NCBI GenBank assembly: GCA_040954595.2
Contig: CM082596.2
Coordinates: 718,736 to 782,735 of the forward strand
DNA: 64,000 nucleotides
Direction of reading: 5' to 3'
Source of the DNA: Balanoglossus misakiensis
Lineage: Eukaryota; Animalia; Hemichordata
This document shows positions 41,805 to 55,644 of the stretch, in pieces; position 1 is the stretch's first letter, and every line of letters starts with the position of its first letter. The notes below the pieces were generated by a model. The model worked only from the letters and a program-made list of their open reading frames with translations. It did not search any database and had not been told where the DNA came from. The position numbers were made by a program, and so were the translations under genes.

Positions 41805-43308
41805 GTAGGCCTATACACAGATAGATCACACGATCGTGTTTTGAAAACGGTTCTCTTCTATCGCTTGATCCGGTCCAACCCACTGTTACATTTCCACTAT
41901 CTGAAGAAATATCAAACAAAACTCTCGTAAGTACTCAATTGTTTTGTAGCGAAGGATATTATTTGCCCCCTAGAGTAATATTACGTGTTTCTGTAATGCA
42001 ATATCTTGATGAATATGCCTATAATATGTGCATAGCCGGAACGCCCGCACATGACTGAATCATTCAATTTACAGAACAGTGTATACACAATGAAATAGTA
42101 AACATTGCCACAGACAACATTGAACTGGAAATTTTACGTAACTCTCCCTTTATTCTCCATTCGCTATTGTCCTGGCCAAAAGCAATTAAAATCTGTCGTG
42201 TTTTGTCGTAAAAGAGAAGAATTTCAAGAAAAACACGCTCACTGTTTTACACCATAAACATTGTCCCCAGTAAGAAAATCGATTGATTGTTACTTGTTTT
42301 ATTTCTTCAGATCGATGGATCGTTACTTAACATAACAGTACATGTACAGTCAAAAGTCTTGTAGGGAAAGTAATTCCGATCCACCGATTTTAAGAGTCGT
42401 CAGACAGGCGTTTTCTCATTTAAACTCAAGAAAAAAAAATCGTTTATCAGAGACCAAACAAATCCTCTTCCACTCACCTTTCAGAAGACAAAACGATTTG
42501 TCTCATTCATACACGTTACCATGGTCCCACGTCTGTATACGGTCCTGTGTCATGTCACGTCAGGTCGTTGCATGTCCACATACAGCTTGAAAATGCCAAT
42601 TTACATAAATGCATACAAATTCTTTAATTGGCGCATGCGTACAATCACTTTCTCTCTACGCTCAAAGGAGGGACGCTGTGGTTTCTAGAAACTTGTACAT
42701 GTACCACCATATCCATATGCAGAGGAAAATCTAGTGTAAGAACTTAGAGGGCGAAACTTATGAGGTTCCTCTGCACCCTGTTGCTGCTGACGACTGGGCC
42801 ATGACGTCATAGCGAGAAAATAATAAAACTTAGTGCCGCAATGAAGTTAGTCATTTAAAGACTTTTTATTTTTATTTTGCAACGGCTTCTGTTTCAAAGA
42901 AACGGGAATAGTAACCCTGCCTACAGGTATGTGTGGTGGAGGCCGTGTAACGCCGGGAACACACAGACCTGTACGCAGGGCTAAGGGAGCAGATAAACGA
43001 AAAGCAAGATTCAGCCCACAACCACTAGAGTAACACGATAAGCCCGCTTATCTGTGCTGCCATCGTCCCGGCGCTCGCACGGATCGTTATAGCTCGACTA
43101 CAGTCTCCGGTCTAGCACCTAGACGGGCGAAGATGCCGTGATTCGTACCCAGTCAAAGCTAAACTCAAATTGCCCATATGGTATTGCCAGCACTGCAGCC
43201 ACTCAGGTCTAAAATAAAGGTCTGGGTTTTGTACTACCGGTCCCACAGCTAGCCATACCATAGCTTAATAGGGATGCCAGGTGCTTTAGATCTGGTAACA
43301 CTACCATG

Positions 43309-45214
43309 TCATATACATTTGTTTACGAGTTTGATAATTCCACGTCTGTGCAAATCTCGCAGGACGAGGAATTCGTTCGGCATTGTCATTTTTCTTTTCT
43401 TGTATTTAAATTGCTCATAATAATGGTGGCTGATGTCATTTCCGTCTCCATCTTGAGGAAATGGCCAAAATCCGTACAAATGAATTTCCTCACAGAACAG
43501 CGTGGCAACCGTCAGCATGACAAATCCTTCGCTTGTCCCCGCCGTATTGTTCCAAATACTGAAATGAAGAATAAACGGGTCGAAATTAACAAGACAAAAT
43601 CACAAATGGTCGGTTCAAATACTGACGGACGATAACTTGTTTTTCAAAGAAAAGTAAAACAACGAATACATAGATAAATTTCTTACTTGTATGTAAGCGT
43701 CGGCCACACAGGGACAGGGGCGTAGGCGACTTTGAACGAATATTTCCTTCTACCAATCGTGTTCTGAACTATATATTTCAATTTAGCTTCGGCTGTTTTC
43801 ATGAGCGCAACACGTATTGCTGACATGTTGTATGGAATCCACAGTATGCCGTTGTTTATTCCTTTTAAGGCTTCCAAGTATCGAGCATTATTGCGTAGCT
43901 TGGCATTCTTTGTTTGTTGCAAATAGCTCCCGAAAAAATGCATCGCAACGTTATTCATAGCGACCAAATCAGTCCTATTACCAACATCCATTTCGTGTCC
44001 CTTGACAGGCGCCAAGTTTATTCGCATCACGAAGTCATGCGCATTGATTTCATGTCCACAGTTACTGTTGTTTAGAATTCCACTGCTTCCAATCAATGCA
44101 CAACTCTTCTGGGGCTTTACAGTGTACAAGTAATCGTCATAGTAGTCCCGATTTAAACCGCTTGGGGGCGCTCCTGCTTTCCAGTTATTTTGTCTGAATG
44201 TCATCTTCTCGGGTTTCACGTGACTTTTGTATATAGCCAGGGAACTTTCGAGATCTATCACCATGGATATGTTGTTCCTTTAAAGAAGAAACGATTACAA
44301 CTAGTTTCACTCTCAAAGTCCAACAAACTAAAGTTAACTCGCGTGTGCCTATGGCCCTTTATGAACTCAGGCGATTATAATGGTCAAATTGAATCAGAAC
44401 ACACGAGGAGAACATTGTCCCAGCAAAAGTCATGTACTGAGAACAATCGGATAAAAATACTGTACCTTTGCTTTGCCTTGTCTTCGCTGTCTGTTTTCTG
44501 TTGCCGAGAAAGACCCCAGCAACGGAGAATCGACAACAAAGACCAACAGTAAAGACACACACCATACGAATAATACAATGCTACCGGTCGTCACCTCACA
44601 TTCTGGACTCCAAAGGATATCAAATTGGTGTCTATCTCAAATTTGTATGTTAATGTTGAGATAGGCATTTAGAAAGATTTTGGTTTCAAAATAATTGTAA
44701 CGTTGGATGTTGAAATGTACTCGTTGGTGTGAAAATTGGTCAAGATATATTGGTAAAATGTTTAACGAATTCTGTTTGCCAATTTCTTACCGTAATTCTT
44801 CAAGAGTTTTGGCAAATTTTATACCGTCCAGACAGTAACTGCAAAGATCTTGGCTTGGACTTGTGGGTATCGGTAAATCTGCAATGCTGGACGCACTGTA
44901 TGGGTGAAGAAGACGTTTTAAAACACGGTCAAGACTTTTTTTGGATTGTCTGTGATTTTCTTCCGATGAAAATGTTAAAATTGATACAGTGTGGTATTAT
45001 GTTTTGAATATTGCTGTACGTGCCTGAGAATGATTTTTTATTGCATGCGTGTTAAGACGACTTACTTGTTCACATGCTGATCCAAGGACGAATTCGAAGA
45101 TTCCAGAGACAAGCTGATTAGTATCGTGGTGGAATCATAGTAAGTGATGACTGTCAACACAGACAAGAAGCTGAAAAGTGTCAAGGCGCAAAAGCACAAT
45201 TTGATGCCATCCAT
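43309..45214 (-). CDS. ST8Sia-like alpha-2,8-sialyltransferase (GT29), tandem copy B; exons 45214-45066, 44949-44791, 44277-43687, 43558-43309
   Basis: Exon 1 (not in the ORF track) gives the anchor MDGIKLCFCALTLFSFLSVLTVITYY, and the stem exon ends KTLEELR. Motif L is SCALIGSSGILNNSNCGHEINAHDFVMRINLAPV...DVGNRT, motif S is [26 protein letters not shown] (compare ST8SiaIV [26 protein letters not shown]), and motif III is HHYYE. It ends VNKCI. Same 4-exon, phase-2 structure as copy A. Confidence 0.9.
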
Positions 45215-47163
45215 TTGTATTTATTGAACTTTCTGAAAGACACAAAATTCAGTGTGTTAGTTGATATGAGAGATGCTGTCATTTTGGATGCGGCTCAGAC
45301 GGGATGTAAGTTTTCGCGTAGTTCTACGGCTAACGAAAGGTCACGTACCAGGTGCAATTTGTCGGCAATGTGTGGCGACTATGTCCCTGGTTACTGGCCT
45401 ACAAGACGGTCGGTAGACGCATTGTTTTCTTTATCGTTTTCAAAAAGACTCTTCAAAGAATTGAAAGGTTTGGAGGGTTTTCATTCTTCTGAGAAATCCT
45501 TTCCAGGGGTATGTACTACCGTGTGGTACGTCCATGCATGGAGTCAATGGCAGTACCCCTATTCCCCCCTCCCCTCCCTCCCCAGGTAACCCGTCTGTTT
45601 TCGACCATGGCAGAAGTATGACCACGCTACCACAGACCATGGAGGTGTGGTACGTCCATGTCCTGACCAAAAATACCCCACTTGGTTCACTCACGGAGCT
45701 ATAGCAACCATCAGAATATTCATGAGAGCAGTAGACACGAAGGTGAAGGGGGCATAGTATATAATCTTACGTAACTCAAAGCCATCACGACACTTTCTCC
45801 GTGTCTGTGCAGAAATCACTGCCTGTGAGTGATGGAAATGCCCGACTCCCCACACACCCCACCCAAAATGAGTGCGAAACACGTATTAATGTCCTCCCCC
45901 TATATGATAGAATGACCTCTCACCCCCCCCCTCCCTCCGTGATTATACTTCTTCAATTAAATACCCGAGACCTACAATGATGACACATAAAGACTTCAGA
46001 GCCGACCATGGAAGCTACCACATACCGTGTACAGACAATTTTCAAACCGGTTGACAATGCTCAGTACAAAAACGTGTATCTATAGAACTCACTGTTGTTA
46101 ATAATCTGCAATCACGACACTACTTACCTGGTCTGACAGAGGAAATTCTAATGGTAGAGACTTCTGCTTTCACATAACAGTCCTTCAATCATAATTCACA
46201 CATGCTCACTGACCAAACTCTGTGAAGTGAGGGTGACTCGTGTTATGTAACACTCTCCACTTTTAGAGCACCAAATCACATACCTGTATCAGAGGCTATT
46301 GTCTAAAGACAACAGGATGATACCGTCAATGGTTATGTTGTGTGTCTTTCAGGGCAGCCAGGAAGCAGATCTCTGAATGATATATCAGACTATTGATAAA
46401 CTAAGAAACATGTTATGTTGTACATGTAGCAAAACTGAAAAACTGCGAATGGATTAAAAGGGAAATATACACAATGGACCTGATCTTTTGTTTCTAATAA
46501 ACATTTCTTTTGTTCTATAGCCAACAAAGGTATAAATGAGAAGGGGAGGGGTGTCTTTTTATTGTGCACATAATACAGTGAAGTCTCTCGGCTCTTTCAT
46601 ACAAAGGTTATGATTGTTTGGTGTTAGGACTGAAAAATCTGAAAGAGTTTGTTTCAAGAGTACAATGGAATCATTTGTGACAGAAGACACAAAGCACATT
46701 GAAATGGACTGTGTTGTATTCATCTGGCTTATGAATAAAATTTCTGTAACTTTGCTTAAATACATTACATAGCCAAGAATAAACTAATTTCACATTTACA
46801 GTAAAAACTGTTAAAATTTCACAAACATGATTCACTGACTGTGTCCATATTGGATCAACCAGGGAAACTTAACACTTTCGCCCCCAGTTCCCTCTTTAGA
46901 GGTCTAACTTTACCATCGAAAACAATTGGTTTGGGCTGAACCATGGTGGTGAGAGGGTGAAAACAGACTTTCATGCATATTTGTGACACCATCCTTTGAC
47001 AAGATATCCATTTGGATACCCCTGAATAGTGGCTGTAGTGTGATGCTGGACACACAGATGCACACGAACAAACGTACAAATGTATGCCAATACTCCCCCA
47101 CCCCCCCTTCCAAGACTAATTCTCAGGAGACTGAACCACTTGTATGGAAGATTAAAGTAAAGA

Positions 47164-50100
47164 CTAGAAAAATGTTGTATCTTCAGCAAAAGCACCAGCA
47201 AGTCGAAAGTCTTTGTTCATCAGAATACAGAACATTCTCTGTGGCAAGACCCTGGAATAGGGTGCTGGCCTGGGTATGCGGGTTCTAAGAATGAATTCGC
47301 GGCCGGCCGGTCTCGGAAAATCAGGAACACTGACGGATTGTGTCTGATCATCTGGATCAATCAGTTCTTCTTCACTTGGTAACATGTTGGCAGACTGTGA
47401 ATAAATTTCAAAATGTGAATCTTTCATGTGTGTTAAAAAAATTTCACATTCACTTGTTAGAGACTTTACTTGTCACAGACATTTTCAGAAGTCCTTTAGA
47501 CCCTGCAATCTTGGATGGCTGGGAAGTTTATATCGGAGGACATTCTCATGTGACACATGGCCCACTCTGGGATATGGCACAAAAGCCACAAATTTAAACT
47601 CCACATCTTTTCTAGTTTCATACAATGCTTGACTTGATTTATTTGGCTAGGAACCCACGGCTACTGTACTTAACCAAGTCTCCTGAGATCTCGCAACGCA
47701 CAGAAAATCGTAATAGACTATTGACAGAACTCTTCCTCACTTACCCTCTGTGCTGCAGCAAACAGTCTGTGCACAATACAACCAGCTGGTCCTCTTCCGG
47801 CACCTATCACAGATACTTCTGGCTGCTCCAACAAACTGGAGACAAACTTTTCCAACTCGGTCTGATTTGCTTCATCTTCTAGAAGCTGCTGACTAAACTT
47901 GGCTCTTAGAGACTGTGCCCTCGCTATGACAACCTCAGCTAGACTGATCTGCTTGATGACATCCTGAACAATTTAACACAAATAATATTGAATAAAGTAA
48001 AGTAGCAAGAATGAAAATTGAACAATAAATGAAAGTTTCAATGTTTTAAAATTAGACAAACCTGTGGATATAGATTTCTTACCAACCACAGTAATTTACA
48101 TTCAGTTCAATAAAAGCTAGCTACATTTAACAAAGTTTAAACTGCAGCTTCCCTAACTATAATACTGAGATGTACTACCAATTCTTATAAAATAAACTCA
48201 CCTCATATTTTCTGATATCTGTACACCCACTTCTCGTAAGCTTTGATGCCTTCTGAATTATCTGCTTTAGTAATGAAGTTAGTGATGGCAATCCGTCGAT
48301 TTCTGAAATGAAATGATGCATCCATATCACAAATATGTAACATTTCTAGCAAATAATATTCCCATTTAACTTCACAAGTTTTAGATGTTAAATTTCAATC
48401 AAGTTTTTCTTTTTAACATGACCCACCTATTTGTTGTATTCTCAATACAGCGGCATGAATTAGGACTGGCATCAAATGAAGTGCAACTTCTGATGGTTTC
48501 AGAGATGCTAAGAAGTGAAGAACTTTCTCTGCCTCTTTTGTGTCATCAAATAATCTCTTCTGTCGCCTGGCTGGTATGGCTTTAGCTTGGCTCCAGACTT
48601 CTTGCCACATATTCCCTGGAAGCTGAAGGAATGCACACAAAGACATATGGACCCTTTCACCCCTATTTCAACGTATAGAAGTCCAGGACTGCCATTGATT
48701 GCCAATAGACTTGGACAAAACCATGGCATTGAAAAGGCTAACGGTATACGTTCATGTTTTCAAATCTAAACACAGTTACGGTACCAGAGAAATATCAGAT
48801 CAGTTGTTGTACACTGAGGCTTATATACTTGGACAGATAAATTTTACATGAACAAGCTAACATCTCAGCAGAATATTCCTGTCAAATTACCATCATTCGT
48901 GTGCTCAGTTTTCCCTTCACAGGGCTTGTGCATGAATTCTGTTGATCTACATTTCCAGTTGCCAGTTGTGTCTCATCATCACTGATATCTTCGTCTTCTT
49001 CTTCAGGTTCTATCCAATCTCTAGGCGAGTACCACCTGACAAAATCCTCCAATGAGCATCCAGGATTTGCTGCCTGGTGTCAGAATGAAACAGAGACAAG
49101 TTTCTATGATGGATATACACGCAGAATGAAAATACACTGTATCATAATCTACTCACAAATGCACAAGCATGCTCCCTCACCTTAAAGGCTTGCATATCAG
49201 ACATAAGACAGGCACTTTGCATCTTCGCTCTCAGTTCAGCTCCTTCTTCAGACGTCCCTAACTCTGCTAGAACAGCTGCGTGCTCTTCTAATTGGTCTTC
49301 AGTCATGGGTGCTGGATCCTATGAAAAAGCAACAACATTTACAAATTAAGAAGAATTTCTTGAGCTGTTCTTCTTTTCTACTCAGAGACATTATCCCAAC
49401 CATTCTATACTTTTTGCATAGAACTCAACACAGCAAAGGACCCCTGCAGTATCATAAACAAGAACATGTACCTGTGTTATTGGAATGAACAGAGGATCAT
49501 CACTATTCAGCAATGTCAAATCTCCACACTGACGAAGTCTTCCATCCGACACACCACCATTGCCAACAGACGTCTCTTTATTATTCTGTTCATCAGATGA
49601 AATTTCTGGACGTCTTTTTTCCTTCTCTGAGCTTTCTTTGCTATCCTTCTCTTCAAATTCACGAGTTTCAGAGTCGAGATTTCCTTCTGCACCCTGTCCA
49701 CTGAATGCTTCAGCGCTGTCCTCGCATTCAAAGAATTCATCATCATCGTCGTCATCATCCTCTTTGTTGCTACGGGCACTGCTCATACTTGCTTGTGATA
49801 AACTGACTGTGAGGTCTCCCTCCATGGCAAGAGATTGTGTGTTTGAGAAATATGAAGTGCTTGACGACTGAGAAATGCTCTGTCTTTCCTCTCTGGCAAT
49901 CTTTCTTTCTATACAACAATTTAACATCTATCAAGAAACAAGAACAGCACAATTCACAGTCATACAAATACAATGCAAGTGAAATTTCTGAAGAATATCT
50001 AGTAAGGCTGTTCACTAATAAAACACTTTTTTGTGGCACAGGTTTAGTCATTGAAAAACTTCATAATGACACTTACCTGTAGTTTCTGATGTAGTAAACA

Positions 50101-53100
50101 TGCACCCATGTTCGGAGGACCTGCTTCTAACCTATTTAAAACAAAAACCAAATAATCTTATTTTGTATACATTTCAAATTCTGACCCACCTCCTCACTAC
50201 GCAAAGTAGAATGCATGTTACTTTCTTAGCTATTGGCCACATTCCTGTTATATGGAATTGCTACTGCACACACTGTGATAATGCACACATTGTTCACTTA
50301 CCCAGGTACAGTATAATTATTTTCCCATCTAAATCTCATTTCCAACACAAATTCCTGCCAGAGATGAGCGACAGCTTTGGCTCCTCCATAAGAGTGGTTG
50401 ACAACACACATACATACGGCGAGCATGTATGTCAGACTGCCCTCTGGTGCTGATTTGAATTGTCTACGCAAGTCCTGTGTGAAACAAATGCAATGTTTGT
50501 ATGAGTAACCAACAATCCATTATATCCCAGTGTCTTAATAAAGACAGGCAGACATACACACACAGACCCATCCACCATCAACCCCCCCCCCCCCCCACAC
50601 ACACACACACATAAACACTTACCGAAGCATCATTTGAGGTTTGACTCTCTGCTCCACTAGAATCTCGTCTATCATCATTCATCAGATTCAGATCGGGTAA
50701 ATCATTGGTTGGCAGTAAACCAGCATCAGGGAAAAGAAACTGAAACATATTCCAAAGATCTGCCGTTACTTGAAGATCACCACATGCAGGGTAAAGGTAT
50801 AAGCAAGCGATTAACATCCACAAAGAATTCTCACTAACATAATATGGAAGACGAATATCATCAAACTGCGAACTGACCATCAACTTGATCTAATACAATG
50901 TACCTGTAATATTTCATTGAGTAGATCTGCATGTATAGGTGCTTCTTCCTCATGTCTTCTGTGACGCATTCGAGTTGTTGCTCTGTTAACTACTGATGAT
51001 AATGTTGGTAAATGCACAGGTACTGGTTCTGTTAGTCTCTGCAAGGCTTGGCTGATATCAGCTGATTCTGCCAAACAATTACCAATGGTTACATATTTTC
51101 CTGAAACATCATGGGTATTTCTATGCACTTTAGACCTACCAACTGTGCACTGACCTCTTTATTGGGAAACAAACATACATGTATGCCCCTTTAAGTTTTC
51201 CCTACTGACATATAACAAAGTGGGGGGACTGTGTTTGGCGTAAACATGAATAGTGCAGCCCTAGTTGGACAGAATGTACCGCCAAGTCACTTACCTGCAT
51301 CATCATGGTAAGCATGTCTTCCTAGAAGTTGTTCTATTGACTCTGAGCTCTTGCATAAAAATATGTTATCTGATAAATATTCACCTGCAGAGAGAAACAA
51401 CACCATTGTCATTCAGAATTCTTTTATCTTTCTAATGTTGCTTAAAGATGCCCTTTCTTGGCCGGTTTACCACAAATATGGAGTTAATGTAGTCTTACCT
51501 AAGAGACAAGGTGGGTCATCCATCATTCGTATTCTTACAGACCACTGTGGAGCTTGAAGTGGATCCAAATCTCTGTGGAAAAATGTAGAAACATAAAATG
51601 ATCCAAGTATCACAACCAATATTCCTTTTTTATGGTAAAAGGAGAGCCTACCTGTTTGTGTGGACTATAATAAATGCACTGTTCAAGATCTAGCAATTTT
51701 TTTTATCAAATTCTTACTCACGTGTACACATCATTGTCCACTATCATATCTTCAGACAATGATGGCCAGGTTGTTGCCAAATGCAACTCACAAATGGGAT
51801 CTTCTATCGCACCGAATGGTAATTTTCCATACCCAGAAAATCCTATTTCACTACTGAATGGACCATCGAAATCTGCAGTAGAGTAGAAAACACTTATCAT
51901 TGAGGAGTTACAATAGATAATCTAAAAATATACAAATCTCAATATATAAGTAGATCTTTGTAAATACAATGTAAGTGATATTGTCAATGGACACACACCT
52001 GGTGGCAGTTGCGGCCATGCATAGCTGGTCCAGTCTTGCAACACGTACGTAAATCTTACAGATACAGCAACTGGTGGCAATGGTGATACAGCACACGCCT
52101 GGAAATTAACAGAACAAAAGAACTACAGAAATCTGAAGAACTCAAATTCAAATTCCCATGTCTGCACTCATCCACATGTATTTGTTTGGAAACAGTGTAC
52201 AAGAGAGAAAATAAGAAAATGTTCAGTTCTTACTATCTTTGATTTGAAGACATCAAGAAGCCCAGCTAGATGATTATATTGATGAGGGATATGTTTGAGA
52301 TGTACCATTTCAAAACTAGTCCTTACACCAGGACCATCACACTGACCAAAGAACAAACGTCGCCACTTCTGTTGTACTTGCACAAACATTGGTACAGAAC
52401 TGTGAATAACATGACAAGAAATATTAACACATTTGTCTACAAACAAGTAGGCAGGAGTGATCTGCCAAAAGCTGAGACGTTCTCCCATATCCATATATAT
52501 ATATAAACTGAGATCAGATTCATAAGTGTAAAAGTTCTTACCATGATGTGTTATTGATTGCAATTGCAATGGAACTAAGAAGTAACTTGATTCTACTTTC
52601 ACTGATCACAGCATCACTGTTGGCTGAGGGTGTCATTACTGTGAAATGTCTCAAACCATACCTGCAAAAATATTCATATCATATCATTCAGTCATATCAT
52701 AATTTGTGCCGATGAACTGGTTCAAGTTTCATGACAGTGTTTGCAACAAATGTTATATATACCTACTGATGTCTCAAAACTTTTCTGGAACATCAAACCT
52801 GAACAATTATAAGATGAATGATGAAATCTCACCATCGGCACAAACAGTGAGCTCTTGGTGGAAAATCATTTCCCATTGCCATCATATCTTCCATAGCCTC
52901 CGGCAGAACATCTGCAGCATTGACACAGAAAGACAAATCACTGGTGTTACTAACAGCTTAACCCTTTCATCACCATGGTTGCACAGACTTTAAAAGTATA
53001 GGCTCAGAAACCATCTTGTTCCTCGCTATACTGAAGTAGAATTATGACACATATTTTCATTGGAGCAGTAGTTTTGTTTATTCACAGAAACTCACCATCA

Positions 53101-53893
53101 TCATCATCTTGATCCTCCCCTGACTCTTCCACATCACCTGTCTGTAACAGTTTGTATTCTGTGATGGTAAACGTATAATTTGCAAATTGTACATTTTCAC
53201 TCTGTTCTTGCCATCTGCCAGATGTAAATTCACCCTTTCTGACTGGTGGACCTTTCTTCACTGATGTCAACTTCCAATCATGTACGACTTGTTCCACACT
53301 TGCTATAAATCTGTGGGGAGTTTCACACAAACCTGGTCAGTTTCACTTTCTCTTCTACTGAAGAGAGAAATTAGCTACAAAATGGACTGGCAAGTCCATT
53401 AATCTAACCATGAAAGATCTTTGCAAGTGATCAGCATCAAGGATATGTCGGTTTCTGGCTATGGACATCGATTGATCGTATATTTCACGATGATGATGAA
53501 GTGGGCGTGGCAAAGCGTCCATGACGACGGTAACCACGGAACCGCCATCCAACATCAAAAGACAGTGAGGACAAAAGATAAGCAATGGATCTGGCGAGAT
53601 TTCTTGGTCGTTGTAGACCCTTCTTCAAAGTTATAGTACATCCAAAGATCCAATTGATAAGGCATGATTGGATTTGTTTTGGTTTGTGCCAGTGCAATGT
53701 ACATGTGTATTGTACACTTACCTTTCCCAGTCTGACGCTGTGGTGAAATCAGTAATCTCAAAAACTTCCGATTCCTGACAAAAACATAAGAAAGACATAA
53801 ATAAGCAATCGAAAGTGGTAAATATTCACGGAAGAATGATATTTTAACATCATTTCAGAAAGATGCGTTACTGACCTCTCCATCGTCCGCCAT
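47164..53893 (-). CDS. RAB3GAP1: Rab3 GTPase-activating protein catalytic subunit, multi-exon
   Basis: First exons are MADDGE (53893-53876) and ESEVFEITDFTTASDWER (53774-53722), continuing FIASVEQVVHDW. Internal hallmarks include YGKLPFGAIEDPICELHLATTWP, MLNCCIERK, DDEFFEC, PITQ and PGNMWQEVWSQAKAIPARRQKRLFDDTKEAEKVLHFL. The C-terminus FPRPAGREFILRTRIPRPAPYSRVLPQRMF...DFRLAGAFAEDTTFF* matches the vertebrate RAB3GAP1 end. Not every internal exon boundary was mapped. Confidence 0.96.
50582..50611. repeat. Poly-C run followed by (AC)n in a RAB3GAP1 intron
   Basis: C15 then acacacacacacaca read directly. Confidence 0.85.
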
Positions 53894-54132
53894 TTTGTCG
53901 ATGATGTCAACATTGAAGGAGAGTTTGGTTGTAGGTTATCTAATTCCTCCAGGCATCATCTTTAAAATACCGCTTTCTATAGAATCTTGATTAAAAGTCG
54001 TTTTCGTTAAATAGTCTAGCTTTAAACATGCACAGTAAAAGGTGAAAGCTGTACAGAATGACAAATAACTAATTATAATCCCAAACAACCCCACTTTGAG
54101 TATAGCAGCAACAAACCACCGAACAATTCAAT
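53887..54132. promoter_or_regulatory. Bidirectional promoter region between RAB3GAP1 and BCDIN3D
   Basis: Divergent ATGs at 53893 (-) and 54133 (+) are separated by only 239 bp. A YY1-type motif CAAAATGGCGG overlaps the RAB3GAP1 start codon. Confidence 0.7.
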
Positions 54133-55029
54133 ATGGCTGCTCCCGATGGGACAACTTTCCATCCTGGAGCTGCTCCTTTTGGCAATTTTATCAATTATTA
54201 CTCATTCAACTCACCTGAAAACAGAGTGAAACTTTTACCAAACTCGTTTCTAAAAGAACTAACCAGTGGTAGAGACGTATCGAAACCGGTTATTGCTCTG
54301 GATGTTGGTTGCAATTGCGGGGTGAGTGTTCAGTATGTGATGGGTAACTCAGATGGCCATGGATGATGAAGCATATGTATGCATCATTGCATGTTCTCTT
54401 GTACTTTAATTTATGTAAGAATCATTTTGTAATACCTTATTGTTCTGTTTTTCTTTCAGGATTTAACAGTGAAGTTGTTCGATCACATAAAATGTACACT
54501 GGGAAAAGATGGATGCAATGAAACTAGTTCATACCTTCACTTCTTAGGTTGTGACTTGGATACAAACCTCATAGAGAGAGCAAATGAATCAAATCCACAC
54601 CCAAGCAACATAACTTTCAAAGTTGTAGATTTTATGGACAATGAGACCAGAGAGTTGGCACTTTGTGAATATTTGGGAAGACATGGAAGAGACACATTTG
54701 ATATAGCTTTCTGTTTCTCAATTACTATGTGGATTCATATGCAGAATGGAGACAGAGGCTTGGAAGATTTTCTGATAACAATGTCCAAATGCACCGATTA
54801 CTTGGTGATTGAACCTCAGCCATGGAAATGCTACAAAGCAGCAGTCCGAAGGGTTGCCAAGCTAGAACTGGGTGTTGATTATTTTCCTAATTTCAAAAAT
54901 CTAGAAATCACCAGCAATGTGGTTGATTATATTGACAAGTTTCTTCAGGAAAAGTGTCACATGACCCTGGTGCAATGTTTTGGAGAAACTGAATGGAAAC
55001 GCAAACTGATGATGTATAGAAAGTTTTGA
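54133..55029 (+). CDS. BCDIN3D: RNA 5'-monophosphate methyltransferase (Bin3 family, BCDIN3D); exons 54133-54321, 54460-55029
   Basis: PGAAPFGNFINYYSFNSPENR, SAM motif I LDVGCNCG|DLT, LGCDLDTNLIERA, FDIAFCFSITMWIHMQNGDRGL and LVIEPQPWKCY are diagnostic of BCDIN3D. One phase-0 GT-AG intron. Confidence 0.95.
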
Positions 55030-55644
55030 CCCAGCTAATGATTGAGCCCCAAAATTGCATTACTTTTATTAGTTTAATATTGTCAATGCAATTTTGATGG
55101 AAACCAAAATGGAAAATTTCAGTCTGAGTTCAAATCTATTTACACTGCCTCTTCTGAGTCTTGTCAACATACGTGTGTGTGTAAAGACTGAGAGATACAA
55201 CAATTTTCACTGGGATTATCATTTTATTAGAAAAGTACAGTTAAAACAATGTAATCCACAGCAGCTGTTCACTACTTGAAGGCTTCAAACAGTTACTATT
55301 CAGATGTACATCTTGGATAATAAAGGAATCAGTCCCAAAGAATCCACAGCACAGTGTTTTCTGTTGCCTGTTTTCATACACCAACGACACAGGGTATTCA
55401 AGCTGATTTGGAATCCAGGGCAGTGCATGCAATAAATGTGTTGTCTTCAGCAATAAAGTGATCAATATCACCATCTTGTAAACTAATTGAAGTGACATAA
55501 TACAGAGCTATAATATTATAACAGTATGTACAACAAGTACTGGTCTTGCATACAGTAGCTTTTTAGGTCTCCAAACACCATCCCTGTGGTGAGGCAAACT
55601 GATCCTAGGAATGTCTGTCAGCTTTGCAATTTCCACCAACAACA

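Noticed and set aside
44359-44668. Hydrophobic ORFs that could be the anchor exon of sialyltransferase copy B, including a frame with an in-frame TGA (possible read-through or selenocysteine)
   Set aside because: A better model uses exons 45214-45066 and 44949-44791, with ATG, canonical GTAAG donors, matching phases and the LEELR motif shared with copy A. This region is intron.
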